NCBI GenBank assembly: GCA_029820045.1
Contig: JALGVE010000002.1
Coordinates: 3,538 to 67,537 of the forward strand
DNA from: Candidatus Zipacnadia bacterium
GTDB lineage: Bacteria > Armatimonadota > Zipacnadia > Zipacnadales > UBA5352
Reading direction: 5' to 3'
DNA length: 64,000 bases
Part shown: piece after piece, positions 1 through 9,783 of the stretch
Layout: every line of letters begins with the position of its first letter
Position numbering within the stretch: the first letter of the stretch is position 1
The notes under the pieces: generated by a model
Database searches by the model: none
Seen by the model: only the letters and a program-made list of their open reading frames with translations
Told to the model about the DNA's origin: nothing
Made by a program: the position numbers and the translations under genes

Positions 1-116
1 CGGCACTGCGGCCACGGCAGCGACGGGTACGCCGCCGCCAGACGGTCCATGTCCTCGGCTGCCGCCTGCCTCGGACCTAGCGCAACTCCCACGATGACTG
101 CGCACACGGCGCCCAT
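1..116 (-). CDS. Possible 5' end of a membrane protein gene running off the window (MGAVCAVIVGVALGP...)
   Basis: Complement reading from ATG at 114-116 gives a hydrophobic N-terminus. No clear SD. Truncated by the window edge. Confidence 0.2.
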   Translation of the reverse strand, partial: MGAVCAVIVGVALGPRQAAAEDMDRLAAAYPSLPWPQC

Positions 117-498
117 CGTCCGGCAATAGTGAGTTCTCACGCTCTCATAACCCCTTCGATCCCCGCTTGGCTCATGCCCAACCCTGCGCCTCATACCGCC
201 GACACACAGACACCTCGCATATATGTGAACGTGTCAGAGCGCGGTGGGTGCTGCGCGAAGACCGGGGCAATGCCTGGGGCGAAGTCACCGCGACCGGGAG
301 AACGCTCCGGCTCACGGCGATCAGTGGCTATAACTTGAGTGCAGATGGAGCTATCAATGATCCGACAGTTGTCTTGCGGCCGCCGGTGAGTCCTCCCGCA
401 ATGGGGATGATCACCGCTCTGTCAACGTCACGCGCCTTGCCGCGGTGATGAGCGTAGCACAACGGGCCCGCTTTTTCAACCCCGCCAGGCCAGGAATT

Positions 499-716
499 CA
501 GGAGCATCGTTTTTGCGGGGGAGCCTGGGGCTGCGCTGTAGGGCGGGGACCTGTTTGTCCCCCGTAGCCTTGGCGAAGGGGGGGCCCCGCCCGCGTGGGG
601 CGCGCCACGGGTGCGCGCCCTACATACGACAGCGGCGCCTGCGGTCCCGCCGAGGCGCGATCGGCGCAATACCGCGGCGAGGCCGTCGAGCGACAGGGCA
701 AAACCGATGCTCCTGG
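499..716. mobile_element. MITE-like element copy A (~218 bp) with 18-bp terminal inverted repeats caggagcatcgtttttgc / gcaaaaccgatgctcctg
   Basis: Ends are reverse complements (17/18). The interior is the near-exact reverse complement of a second copy at 37548-37766. Lies in a ~1 kb non-coding region. Confidence 0.6.
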
Positions 717-1112
717 GCCAGGATGTCAAGGCAAAGTAGAAATGTCCGGTTCTGAGCAATATAGAAATGCCCGGTTTGCTGGGGCGCGCCCTCGGACGTC
801 GTGCCGTCCGTAGGTCGAAGCTCCTGCTTCGACTCTGTGGCCGGACGGCAACGGCGTCCGCCTTGAACCCACTTCGTGGGACTATGTCGGAGGAGTCGGA
901 ACAGGAACTCCGACCTACGTTGCAGGCTGAGAGAGCTCATGCCGCCGCAAGCTGAGAGCGTCTGACTTTCCCGGCTACCGACGACCTTCGCAGGCAGCCG
1001 ACTATACGGGGGGCGCGCTCATAGGCCAATCGAGTGCTCTGGCAGGTCAACGCGCATCCCAGCGCGAAGAAGCGCGCAGTAGACGAAGAACGCGCCAAGG
1101 GGAGCGACAGGA

Positions 1113-3932
1113 ATGCGCATACGATTGCTGGTATTGCTGCTCGCTGTGTTCTTCACCTCCGTGGCGGCCCTCGCCCAGGATGAGCCGACGCACTTCCGCA
1201 AGCGCCACACGCTGTTCATTGAGGCCAAGGCCGGCCAGGAGATAACGCTGGTCATCACCGCCATCCGCGCCAGCCTCGGCTACGCCGACGCGCTGGCGTA
1301 CCGCATCTACGGGCCTACGGGCAAGTCCGCCGCACAGGGGCGCTTTGAGCCGGGCGAGACCGAGACCCTCAGATTCACCCCCGATGTTGACGGCCTTTAC
1401 GTTTTTGACGGCAACCCGGGTATGAACGCCTTCAGCGTGGACGTCCAGGGCGCGGCCTGGGCCGTCAACATCAACGAGACGCGCCAGGTCAACGTCATTG
1501 ACCGTGCCCGCCCGCTCTACTTCTATGTGCCCGAGGATCTTCGAAAGTTCACGCTCACCTTCAACGGTGAAGCGGCGAAGCTGAAGCTGTCTCGTCCCGA
1601 TGGCTCGCAGGCGGCGGCGCAGGATCTGCCGCTGTACGAGACAGTGGTGGTCACTACCCCCGTGGAGCAGGGCCAGAACGGCTGGTGGCGCCTGGAACTC
1701 GAGCTGAGCGAGGACCAGGGCATCAAGTTCCCCGAAGAGATCCCGCCCTACATCGCCGAGGCGCCGCTGAGCGATGAGCTGATGCGTGCGTTGACTGAAG
1801 GCATAGCGGTCGTTGACTTCGACCTGCGGCCCACGCCGCGTCAACAGTTGACCGCGCCGCCAGGCCAGGTCAGCGAAGAGCTTGCGACCGAGGATGGGCT
1901 GGCGCTCGGGTTCACTGACGACGGTCGTCTCGCAAGTGTCAAGGTTGATGGCACGGAACTCAGCGGCGGCGAGGAGGCGCCGCTGCTCGGGTTCTTCGTG
2001 CGCGACGCAGCGAAGGACTCCGACCTGGTGACCTTCCGCGGGAAGCGAGCCGAGGCGCGAGACGCACTCAAGTTCGCGTACACTGCGGAGGGCGCCGACC
2101 TTGCGCTTGACGCCACATTCAAGTCTGCCGCAGACCACATCAATACAGATGTCAGCATCAGGAACCTGACCGAGGGAGATCGCGCGGTCACCGTCTACTT
2201 CGCCCTTCCCTTTCCGGCTGGCGACGCTGTGTGGTGGGATGACATCATCAATACCCGGCCTGCCACGAACAACGCCACCTATGGCGCCTTCCATCGCGCG
2301 TCAGCAGGCGCAAATGGTCACCACTCCGTTTACCCCTTCGGCTGCATCGCGGGCGAGCAGGCGTTGGCTATTGCCATCCCGATGGACTACCCCCTGTACC
2401 ATCGCATCGCAGCCTCCTCCGCGAGCCGCCAGCTTTTCCTGGCGGTGGACCTGGGGTTGACCCAGGCGACCACGAAGTTCCCGAATCGAGCGGACTTCAG
2501 CTTCGTCATCTACCGCTGTGATCCGCGTTGGGGGCTGCGCTCGGCGGCGGAGCGTTACTATCGCATCTTCCCGCAGTTCTTCGAGAGGCGGATGCCTGAG
2601 GACGGCGGGTGGGTCTGCTGGGGCAACTGCGAGGGGATGACCAACCTGGCCGAGCTTGGCTTCAAGTACCACTGGGGCCCGGGCGGACCGGGGGCGGTTG
2701 CCTTCGATGACGCGAACGGTCTCTACTCGTTCCTGTACAACGATTCCGCGCGATACTTCGCGGACATCGGAGAGTTTGATCACCGCCCAACGCGCGAGGA
2801 GGCTGTCGCGGGGATGCGCCGGCTCCTGGATGCGGCGGACCCGCGCGCGCAGATACTCTCTGTTCGCGACCAGGCGACCGGGCGCGGGCGCTATGAGGGC
2901 CGCGAGAAGTCAATGGGCCGCGAGGCCGCCGAGCAATGGCTCAAGGACTCCATCGCGGCCGTTAAGGTATCAGCCGCGCTGGATGGAAATGGGGAGATCG
3001 AGGTCGGCTACTTGACCAACCGGAAGGACTGGGGAGGGGAGGACTGGTGGACGGGCAGATGCTTCTGCAACATTGATCCCGACATCCCTGGCGGTTACGG
3101 GCAATTCTTGTTTGACCGCATTCTCGACCCGACGGTGGCGGAGTATCGGGAGGCAGGCGCGGAGCTTGACGGCTTCGGTCTCGACAATTACTTCTCCAAC
3201 TGCCGCGCGGTGGACTTCTCGCGGGACCACCTGGCTGCATGCGACTACCCGCCACCCTTCGCGACCGGAGACTTTCGACCGGTGGTGGTGGGCGACACCA
3301 TCGTCTACGAATGGACGGCCGAACTCAAGCGGCGGCTGGAGGCCGAGGGCAAGTGGCTGATGGCGAACACCGGTCACCAGCCCTTCCCCTTCGCGCAGCA
3401 TCTGTTGGACATGAACGGCCTGGAGTGGGGCCTGGAGCGAACCGGCCCCCCGACCCGTACCCTGGCGTACCACAAGCAGGTGGTGACGCTGCCGGTCAAG
3501 CCCGAGCACTATGAGGAGCCGTTCATCAAGGCGCACCTGCCGATGGCTGCCTTCCCCGGTGGCTACGCCAGCAAGACGCGCTTCGCGCCTGGTACACCGG
3601 TCGCCGCGCTCTATGCCAAGTACGTCCCCATCATCAAGCGCATGAACACAGCCGGCTGGGAGCCGGTGCCGTGGGCGACGAGCGACGTGCCGGAGGTCAG
3701 CATCGAGCGCTTCGGGACGAAGTTGCCGATGCTCTTCAGCCTGCACAACCGAGGCGAGGAGGCGTGCGCGGCAGGCATCACCGTGGAGCTTGATGCCCTC
3801 GGGGTGGCTTCTGCTCGCTCCGCGCGTGACGTAGTGACAGGCCAGGACCTTGCCGCAAAGCTAGTGGGCGGCAAGCTTTCCTTTGCAGTTCAGCTTCCCG
3901 CCGCTGACAGCACGGTCGTAGAGGTGCGCTGA
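1113..3932 (+). CDS. Large secreted hypothetical protein (939 aa), likely carbohydrate-active
   Basis: Long ORF with a coding-typical GC3 pattern. N-terminal signal peptide MRIRLLVLLLAVFFTSVAALA. Stop overlaps the next start (tgATG at 3932). Confidence 0.7.
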   Translation: MRIRLLVLLLAVFFTSVAALAQDEPTHFRKRHTLFIEAKAGQEITLVITAIRASLGYADALAYRIYGPTGKSAAQGRFEPGETETLRFTPDVDGLYVFDGNPGMNAFSVDVQGAAWAVNINETRQVNVIDRARPLYFYVPEDLRKFTLTFNGEAAKLKLSRPDGSQAAAQDLPLYETVVVTTPVEQGQNGWWRLELELSEDQGIKFPEEIPPYIAEAPLSDELMRALTEGIAVVDFDLRPTPRQQLTAPPGQVSEELATEDGLALGFTDDGRLASVKVDGTELSGGEEAPLLGFFVRDAAKDSDLVTFRGKRAEARDALKFAYTAEGADLALDATFKSAADHINTDVSIRNLTEGDRAVTVYFALPFPAGDAVWWDDIINTRPATNNATYGAFHRASAGANGHHSVYPFGCIAGEQALAIAIPMDYPLYHRIAASSASRQLFLAVDLGLTQATTKFPNRADFSFVIYRCDPRWGLRSAAERYYRIFPQFFERRMPEDGGWVCWGNCEGMTNLAELGFKYHWGPGGPGAVAFDDANGLYSFLYNDSARYFADIGEFDHRPTREEAVAGMRRLLDAADPRAQILSVRDQATGRGRYEGREKSMGREAAEQWLKDSIAAVKVSAALDGNGEIEVGYLTNRKDWGGEDWWTGRCFCNIDPDIPGGYGQFLFDRILDPTVAEYREAGAELDGFGLDNYFSNCRAVDFSRDHLAACDYPPPFATGDFRPVVVGDTIVYEWTAELKRRLEAEGKWLMANTGHQPFPFAQHLLDMNGLEWGLERTGPPTRTLAYHKQVVTLPVKPEHYEEPFIKAHLPMAAFPGGYASKTRFAPGTPVAALYAKYVPIIKRMNTAGWEPVPWATSDVPEVSIERFGTKLPMLFSLHNRGEEACAAGITVELDALGVASARSARDVVTGQDLAAKLVGGKLSFAVQLPAADSTVVEVR

Positions 3933-6550
3933 TGCTGAGACGAACGTCTTGGTTGGTTCTCCTTGGGCTGTGCAGCTTCGCCTGGGGCCAGGACTTCCAA
4001 CCCGCGCATTACCGCCTGTCGGTCTACCTCCACGCCGGCAATCAGCCGTACAGTGTCCGCTACGGTCGGTGTGTGTACGACCTCTCAGAGCAGAGGTGGT
4101 GGGACAAGCTCTTCGGGGAGCTGAGCCGCATCGGCATCAACTCGATGACCTTTCACTCGGCCTACCGGCCCGCCGGCGCGCTCTATGAGCCGCTGAATCC
4201 CGACCTGCCGCGCAGCGATGAGTGGCAGGGCCTGAAGCCGGTCGAGATGTTCCTGGGCACCTGTCGCAGGTTCAGGATGGAGGGCTTCCTGGGCATCTAT
4301 CTGGGCCACGCGATGAAGGAGCCGTACCCGCTGGCGGAGGCTGTGGTGAGGGACCTCATCGCCAGGTTCGGGCGCGAGCCGGCGTTCGATGGCATTGTCC
4401 TGCCCATCGAGGCCTCCGAGCAGTACGGCCTGAGCGATGCGCAGATGGCGCGGCTTGCCGAGCTTGCCCGCTCGCTCAAGCCGGGGCTGAAGACCATGGA
4501 CTACCCCTTCGGCCCCTTCGGAGCGCAGGTGCTTCGCTCTGTCCTGGCGCGCTACCAGGCGGACGCGGTGGACGTCTACAACGTCCAGTTCTACCTCAAG
4601 AGCCCGAACTTCCACTCGATGCTCGGGCCGCGCGGCTGCACGCGGGTCATCATGGGCTGCCTGCCCAAGGCCGAACCCATCATTCACACCCACTACCTCG
4701 AGAAGGGCGGGCAGTGGATCAGCCAGGCAGACGCCTACTGGGTTCGCCAGGGCGTGCTGCTGACCGCGACGCCGCACGGGGAGTCCATCTGGTCCTACCT
4801 GCATGGGTTCTGGGGCGTCCAGCACTGGCAGGAGCCGACCGATGCCCTCTGGCGGCGGATGGCTTGGTATCAGGGGCTGCTGGCTATGCAGCGCCTGGAG
4901 CCGTTCTTCGCCGGAGCACAGGCGGTGAGTCCGGTCGCCATCTTCGTCCCCTTGAACACACAGCTTGGGGCCCTGCAGCTTGCGAACTACTACTGGGCGC
5001 CGCTGGCCGCCGGTGGTCTGGCGCCGGATGTCGTGTCCGGCGCCGATGCTGAACTCGGGCAGTATGAGTGCGTCGTGGTGGCATCGCTGGGCGCTCTGAC
5101 CGAGACCGAGGCAGCTTCCCTTCGCGCCTACGCGGAAGCTGGCGGAAACCTGATCATTACGCCTCGCCAGGGCGAGCCGGCGGCGCCTCGGCCGGAGCTG
5201 TCAGCGCGCGCGCAGCGCATTATTGGCGTTGACGCCGCGCAGCTCGCCACGGCGCACTCCCTGTGGGAGCGAGCTCAGGTCACTGCGCCCATGCTGGGCG
5301 TTCGGCCCGGACCTGTTGAGCGGACAACGACCGTCCCCGCTGGTAAGGGGACTATCACCCTCGCGCCCGTCACGTACGACTGGCTGAAGGCCAACCTGTC
5401 CGCCACCGTGGGCGGCGTGCTGTCCGCGACACTGACCTCAGAGGGCCTCGGTGAGGACTACATCCTCGAGCAGTGGGCGAAGGACGAGGGCTCCAGCGCG
5501 CATCGGCTGATCCTGTGCATGGCCGCGCGAGAGGGAGCAACCAGCGAGGGCGCCCGTCTTCGCCTCCCCCTCGAGAAGGCCCCGCGCCACGTCGCCTTCA
5601 TGGCCCCGGAGCGCAGCGAGCTGCTCAATGCCCGCTACGAAGGCGGCGAGTTGACCGTCGAGCTTCCGCCGCTGGACGACTCGTTCGGCGCGGTGGTGCT
5701 GACCGACGGGACGTATCCCGTGCTGATGCCGGCGCACGAGATCATCGAATGCAAGGCGGCGGACACGGTCAATGCGCCGTGCTCGCTGCTCAACCTGACC
5801 GGCGAGACCCTCACGGGCGTGCTCACCGTGGACGCCCCGGCAGGCTTCAGGCTGCTCACCCGCGCGAGGCAGAGATACTCCATCGCGCCGGGCGAGAAGG
5901 CCGGGTTTGAAGTGACCCTGCGGCCTCCGGCGGGCGTGACGCGTGAGCCGCACATCATTATCTACCGCACGCGCGGCCTGGTTCAGCGCACGGTCATCCT
6001 GCCGACCGACGGGGCCCAGCGCGTCATCACCGACCTGGAGCTGACACCGGAGGAGTACGTCGCGGCGGCGGAACACAGGTCCTGGCCTGATGACACCGAG
6101 GCGCTGGGCGTGACGGCGGGAGAGGGCAATGACACCAACTATCGCCGCACGCCCGGCGTCGCCTTCTTCCAGCCGGTTGAATGGGATGAACCTGTCGAGC
6201 ACCTGGGCAGGATGGCGCGCTTCGGCGAGGTGCTGCCGCGCTTGGGCGGGCCGAACTTCGTCATCAATGGCCTGGACCAGCGCTCTGACTGGATAGTGGC
6301 GGTGACCTATCAGTCAGACACGGGCGCAACAGTGAAGGTCTATGATGGAGACAACTACCTGAAGCTGGCCGACCTTCCCGCGGGCGCGGGCTGGCAGACC
6401 GTGGAGGCCAAGCTGACGGCGAAGATGCTGAAGGAGGGAGCGATGGACCGCGGCTCGGGGCCGGGGTGGGACCTCCTGTGCGCCTTCGAGAACGGGAGCC
6501 TCTGGATGCATCGAATCGAGGTCCACCGCGCCGCAGCCGCGGAAGATTGA
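3932..6550 (+). CDS. Secreted glycoside-hydrolase-like protein (872 aa; TIM-barrel DUF4434-like N-terminus plus GATase1-like/beta-galactosidase-trimerisation-like middle domain)
   Basis: Signal peptide MLRRTSWLVLLGLCSFAWG. Domain guess from motif memory only. Translationally coupled to the upstream gene. Confidence 0.6.
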   Translation: MLRRTSWLVLLGLCSFAWGQDFQPAHYRLSVYLHAGNQPYSVRYGRCVYDLSEQRWWDKLFGELSRIGINSMTFHSAYRPAGALYEPLNPDLPRSDEWQGLKPVEMFLGTCRRFRMEGFLGIYLGHAMKEPYPLAEAVVRDLIARFGREPAFDGIVLPIEASEQYGLSDAQMARLAELARSLKPGLKTMDYPFGPFGAQVLRSVLARYQADAVDVYNVQFYLKSPNFHSMLGPRGCTRVIMGCLPKAEPIIHTHYLEKGGQWISQADAYWVRQGVLLTATPHGESIWSYLHGFWGVQHWQEPTDALWRRMAWYQGLLAMQRLEPFFAGAQAVSPVAIFVPLNTQLGALQLANYYWAPLAAGGLAPDVVSGADAELGQYECVVVASLGALTETEAASLRAYAEAGGNLIITPRQGEPAAPRPELSARAQRIIGVDAAQLATAHSLWERAQVTAPMLGVRPGPVERTTTVPAGKGTITLAPVTYDWLKANLSATVGGVLSATLTSEGLGEDYILEQWAKDEGSSAHRLILCMAAREGATSEGARLRLPLEKAPRHVAFMAPERSELLNARYEGGELTVELPPLDDSFGAVVLTDGTYPVLMPAHEIIECKAADTVNAPCSLLNLTGETLTGVLTVDAPAGFRLLTRARQRYSIAPGEKAGFEVTLRPPAGVTREPHIIIYRTRGLVQRTVILPTDGAQRVITDLELTPEEYVAAAEHRSWPDDTEALGVTAGEGNDTNYRRTPGVAFFQPVEWDEPVEHLGRMARFGEVLPRLGGPNFVINGLDQRSDWIVAVTYQSDTGATVKVYDGDNYLKLADLPAGAGWQTVEAKLTAKMLKEGAMDRGSGPGWDLLCAFENGSLWMHRIEVHRAAAAED

Positions 6551-6654
6551 GGTCCTCGCGAAGGAGGTGCCGCGAGTGCGGGGAGGAATTGCGCCGCGAT
6601 GAAGCAGGCCCGACTTGTTTGAGATCGAGACCATTATGATGCGGGGCCCGCACA

Positions 6655-7620
6655 GTGCGGTATTTCCTGGGAATTGACGGCGGCGGCTCGAAATGCGATG
6701 CCGTCGTGATTGACGAGAGTGGGGTGGTGCGTGGATGGGGCAGGGGTGGCCCAACCACGTACGTCAGCCCGGAGGCCGCGGCCACGGCCTCGCGAGAGGC
6801 GCTGGCCGAGGCGCTGGGCAATCTGTCGGTGTCCGAGCTTTGGATGGGCGCGATCTGCACGAGCGTGTACGCCACCGATTGGCTCAAGGACCGGGGCACG
6901 ACCGTGCATCGCTTCCTGATTGATGAGACTGACGCCTGCTTTGCGGCAGCGGGCAGGACCTGGGGCGTGATGGTTCACGCCGGCACGGGCTCATGGGTGC
7001 AGGGTCGCACGGCGGATGGCAGGCAGGCTCGTGTCGGGGGCATGGGGCCGATCGTCGGCGACGACGGCAGCGGTTGGGACATTGGACTGCGCGGCATCAA
7101 GGCGGCCCTGCGGTCATCGTGGTCGGCGCGGACTCAGACTAGCCTCGCGGAGGCGGTGCCGCCTGTGCTCGGCGTGTCGCGCCTGGGCTCAATAGTTGGC
7201 CGTCCCATCACTACCGGCCAGGTAACGCGCGCGCAGATTGCGGCAGTCGCCCCCGTCGTGGTCAGCGAAGCCGCCCGGGGCGATGCCGTTGCGATAAGAG
7301 CCTTGGAGCAGGCGGCCGCCTCACTTGCCGAGCTGTGCGAGCTGGTCCTGGATGAGCTGCAGATAATCGGCCAGGGCTACCCGCTCATCGGCATGGCCGG
7401 TGTCATCCAGGGCGCGCCCCTGTACTGGCGGCTGTTTTCCGAGAGGATGCTGGAGTGCGACCCGACGCTTGTGCCCGAGGTACCAACGCTGAAGATGGCC
7501 GTCGGGGCGGCGCTGGAGGCCATGCGGCGGGCAGGTGTCGAAGTTAGCCCTGACCTGCGAGGCCAGGTCGCGAAGACCCAAGCTGCGTTCGCGGCCTCCC
7601 AGGTCGCAGCGTGCGAGTGA
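6655..7620 (+). CDS. BadF/BadG/BcrA/BcrD-type ATPase (N-acetylglucosamine kinase-like sugar kinase)
   Basis: N-terminal FLGIDGGGSKCDAVVIDESG phosphate-1 motif typical of the ASKHA/BadF family. GTG start at 6655. Confidence 0.7.
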   Translation: MRYFLGIDGGGSKCDAVVIDESGVVRGWGRGGPTTYVSPEAAATASREALAEALGNLSVSELWMGAICTSVYATDWLKDRGTTVHRFLIDETDACFAAAGRTWGVMVHAGTGSWVQGRTADGRQARVGGMGPIVGDDGSGWDIGLRGIKAALRSSWSARTQTSLAEAVPPVLGVSRLGSIVGRPITTGQVTRAQIAAVAPVVVSEAARGDAVAIRALEQAAASLAELCELVLDELQIIGQGYPLIGMAGVIQGAPLYWRLFSERMLECDPTLVPEVPTLKMAVGAALEAMRRAGVEVSPDLRGQVAKTQAAFAASQVAACE

Positions 7621-7644
7621 GACGCGCGTTGGGGAGGCGCATGG

Positions 7645-7912
7645 ACCACCGCATGGGGCGGCCGGATGGAGAGGGTCGTATGGAGTGGCCGGGCTTCAGC
7701 CCTCGGCGACGGAGGGTCGTATGGAGTGGCCGGCCTTCAGCCCTCGGCCACGGAGGGTCGTATGGAGTGGCCGGGCTTCAGCCCTCGGCGACGGAGGGTT
7801 GTGTGGAGTGGCCGGCCTTCAGCCCTCGGCGACGGAGGGTTGTATGGAGTGGCCGGCCTTGAGCCCTCGGCCACGGAGGGTCGTATGGAGTGGCCGGGCT
7901 TTAGCTCGGCCA
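7645..7912. repeat. Tandem array of ~6 units of a 41-bp repeat (ggagggtcgtatggagtggccgggcttcagccctcggcgac), each unit containing a GC-rich hairpin
   Basis: The unit marker gtatggagtgg recurs at 7678, 7719, 7760, 7801, 7842 and 7883 (period exactly 41). The period is not a multiple of 3. The array is intergenic between the kinase and SIS genes. Confidence 0.85.
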
Positions 7913-7949
7913 CGCAAACCAGGGCAAGAGCAGCCCCCCCGCATGACAG

Positions 7950-8735
7950 ATGGAACGCCGGAAGGCACGACCGGTACGTTTGGAGGCGATGGTCTTGCTC
8001 CAGATGGAGTACTTGCAGAGAGTTCGCCAGCTCGTGGATGACATTGAGGCGAGGTCAGCGGCGCAGACTGATGCGGCGGCCGAGGCCATCGCTAACGCCT
8101 TGGTGGCCGGGAATGAGTTCTACATCAGCCCTCTGGGACACGGGTTGACCGGGGACCTCCTGCACCGGGCCGGCGGCATGTTTGCAGCGCGACCGTTCAG
8201 CTTCTCCTTCAGCGTCAACGACGGCGGCGCGGGAGCGGGCGGGGAACGCGAGCGCGGCGAGCCTTTCGATACGGAGACTGAGGCGGCCCGGTTGGCCGTG
8301 CGCAGCAGCCGCATGCGCGCGGGCGATTGCATCGTCGTCGGCTCGGTCTCCGGGCGCAGCGTGCGGCCGGTCTCCTTGGCCATCGCCGCGCGGGAGATAG
8401 GCGCCACCGTCATCGGCGTCACCTCGTTGGAATACAGCTCGCGGACGGCGCCGATCCATCCCTCAGGCAAGCGCCTCAGCGAGGTCTGCGACATCGTGAT
8501 TGACCTCTGTGTCCCGTACGGAGACGCCGCGCTGGCGGTCGAGGGGCTGCCTGAACCAGTCATCCCCATCTCCGGCGTTGCGACGCTCATGGTCGGTTGG
8601 ATGATCTGCGCCCAGGTCGCCGAGAAGCTGCTGGCGCGCGGTCTGCAGCCCACCTTCTACATGAGCGTCAATCGGCCCGAGGGCCGGGAACACAACGAGA
8701 GAATGCAGCAGCAGTTCGACCGGCAGGGGTACTGA
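7950..8735 (+). CDS. SIS (sugar isomerase) domain protein, UPF0309-like. True start possibly the Met at 8004 (MEYLQRV...)
   Basis: Paralogous to the next gene. Shares the C-terminal RHPSGKRL(x)(E/D)(x)CDIVIDxC motif and an N-terminal Rossmann-type SIS pattern. Confidence 0.65.
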   Translation: MERRKARPVRLEAMVLLQMEYLQRVRQLVDDIEARSAAQTDAAAEAIANALVAGNEFYISPLGHGLTGDLLHRAGGMFAARPFSFSFSVNDGGAGAGGERERGEPFDTETEAARLAVRSSRMRAGDCIVVGSVSGRSVRPVSLAIAAREIGATVIGVTSLEYSSRTAPIHPSGKRLSEVCDIVIDLCVPYGDAALAVEGLPEPVIPISGVATLMVGWMICAQVAEKLLARGLQPTFYMSVNRPEGREHNERMQQQFDRQGY

Positions 8736-9045
8736 GGGTGCCTCGGAGGAATGCAGATGACTTGGCGGCGGAGCAACGTCGTTGCCGTCGGGAGAGGCCG
8801 TCCGAGGGCGCGCCTGCGAGCGGTTGTGCGCGAGCAGGAGCGCACGACGCCGGCCCGCGCAAGACCGCTGCACGCCGGCCTGCCCGAGGGCCACGTCGGA
8901 CCTGCACCCGGCGGCAGACGCGGGCCGACCTCACCCCGCCCTGCGGGCGGGGTTCGTGCGGCCCCTCCGCTGCACGGCGCGGCGTCATGCCGAGACCATC
9001 GGCTTTCGACTGGGCACTAAACACTTGCTCAAGGAGTTGAGTGAC

Positions 9046-9783
9046 ATGTCAGCGGAAGCCTACTTCGAGGCCACCTCGACCGGGTTGGAGAAGCTCCGGG
9101 ACGAGCAGCTTGCCAACATCAAGGCGGCCGCGGACCTGCTGGCCGACACCATCGAGGCCGGCAACGCGATCTTCGCCTTCGGCGCTACTCACTCGTTCAT
9201 CCTCGCCATGGAGATGGTCTACCGCACCGGCGGCCTGATGCTCATCAACACCATCTATCCCCACGGCATGGACCTCTCGGTGCGCCCCATGCCGCTGACC
9301 TCGCAGATCGAGCGCTTGCCCGACTACGGTCGCCTCCTCCTCGAGAACTCCCCGGCGCAGGAGGGGGATGCTCTGCTCATCGCCTCCACCTCAGGCCGCA
9401 ACGCCGTGGTGATTGACATGGCCCTGGCCGCGCGAGAGAGCGGCATCAGAACCATCGGCATCACCTCGGTGGAGTATAGCGCCAGCGTCCCCAGCCGCCA
9501 TCCCAGCGGCAAGCGCCTGTTGGACCTCTGCGACATCGTGATTGATAACTGCGCGCCGCTGGGAGATGCCGCCGTGCAGGTGGCCGGCGTGGAGCAGAGG
9601 ACGGGGCCGCTGTCCACAGTGCTGGGTGCGGTGGTCGTCAACTCGCTGGTGTGTCAGACGATAGCGAACCTGGTCGAACGCGGCATAGACCCGCCGATCT
9701 ACATCAGCGCCAACATGCCCGGCGGAGACGAGCACAACGCCCGTCTCCTCGCTGAGAACGCTGACCGCATCCACTACATGTGA
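9046..9783 (+). CDS. SIS domain protein (paralog of 7950-8735)
   Basis: MSAEAYFEAT... preceded by SD aaggag. The ORF-track N-terminal extension from 8782 is Arg/Pro-rich junk. GATHSFILAMEM and TSGRNAVVIDMALAARESG motifs present. Confidence 0.7.
   Translation: MSAEAYFEATSTGLEKLRDEQLANIKAAADLLADTIEAGNAIFAFGATHSFILAMEMVYRTGGLMLINTIYPHGMDLSVRPMPLTSQIERLPDYGRLLLENSPAQEGDALLIASTSGRNAVVIDMALAARESGIRTIGITSVEYSASVPSRHPSGKRLLDLCDIVIDNCAPLGDAAVQVAGVEQRTGPLSTVLGAVVVNSLVCQTIANLVERGIDPPIYISANMPGGDEHNARLLAENADRIHYM

Noticed and set aside
129-955. Multiple 60-140 aa ORFs on both strands (e.g. 328-759 minus, 513-755 plus)
   Set aside because: Arg/Pro/Gly/Ala-rich translations typical of random ORFs in high-GC DNA. 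They overlap the MITE copy, whose inverted second copy would have to encode the same protein on the opposite strand.
780-960. tRNA, tmRNA or SRP RNA
   Set aside because: No cloverleaf with a T-loop GTTC/GGTTC motif and no conserved tmRNA or SRP box sequences could be recognised by eye. Only generic hairpins are present.
1047-2294. 415-aa minus-strand ORF overlapping the 939-aa plus-strand gene (and similar antisense ORFs throughout, e.g. 20232-21680, 22163-23323, 52229-54592, 54784-56751)
   Set aside because: Antisense shadow ORFs common in high-GC genomes. Their translations are Arg/Gly/Pro/Leu-rich low-complexity. The sense-strand proteins have recognisable domains or signal peptides.
7645-7912. 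Possible CRISPR array
   Set aside because: The units are directly adjacent with no spacers. The period is a constant 41 bp and there are no cas genes in the window.
8782-9045. N-terminal 88-aa extension of the second SIS gene as called by the ORF track
   Set aside because: Extremely Arg/Pro/Ala-rich with no homology to the paralog's N-terminus. A good SD (aaggag) precedes the internal ATG at 9046, which aligns with the paralog's start.
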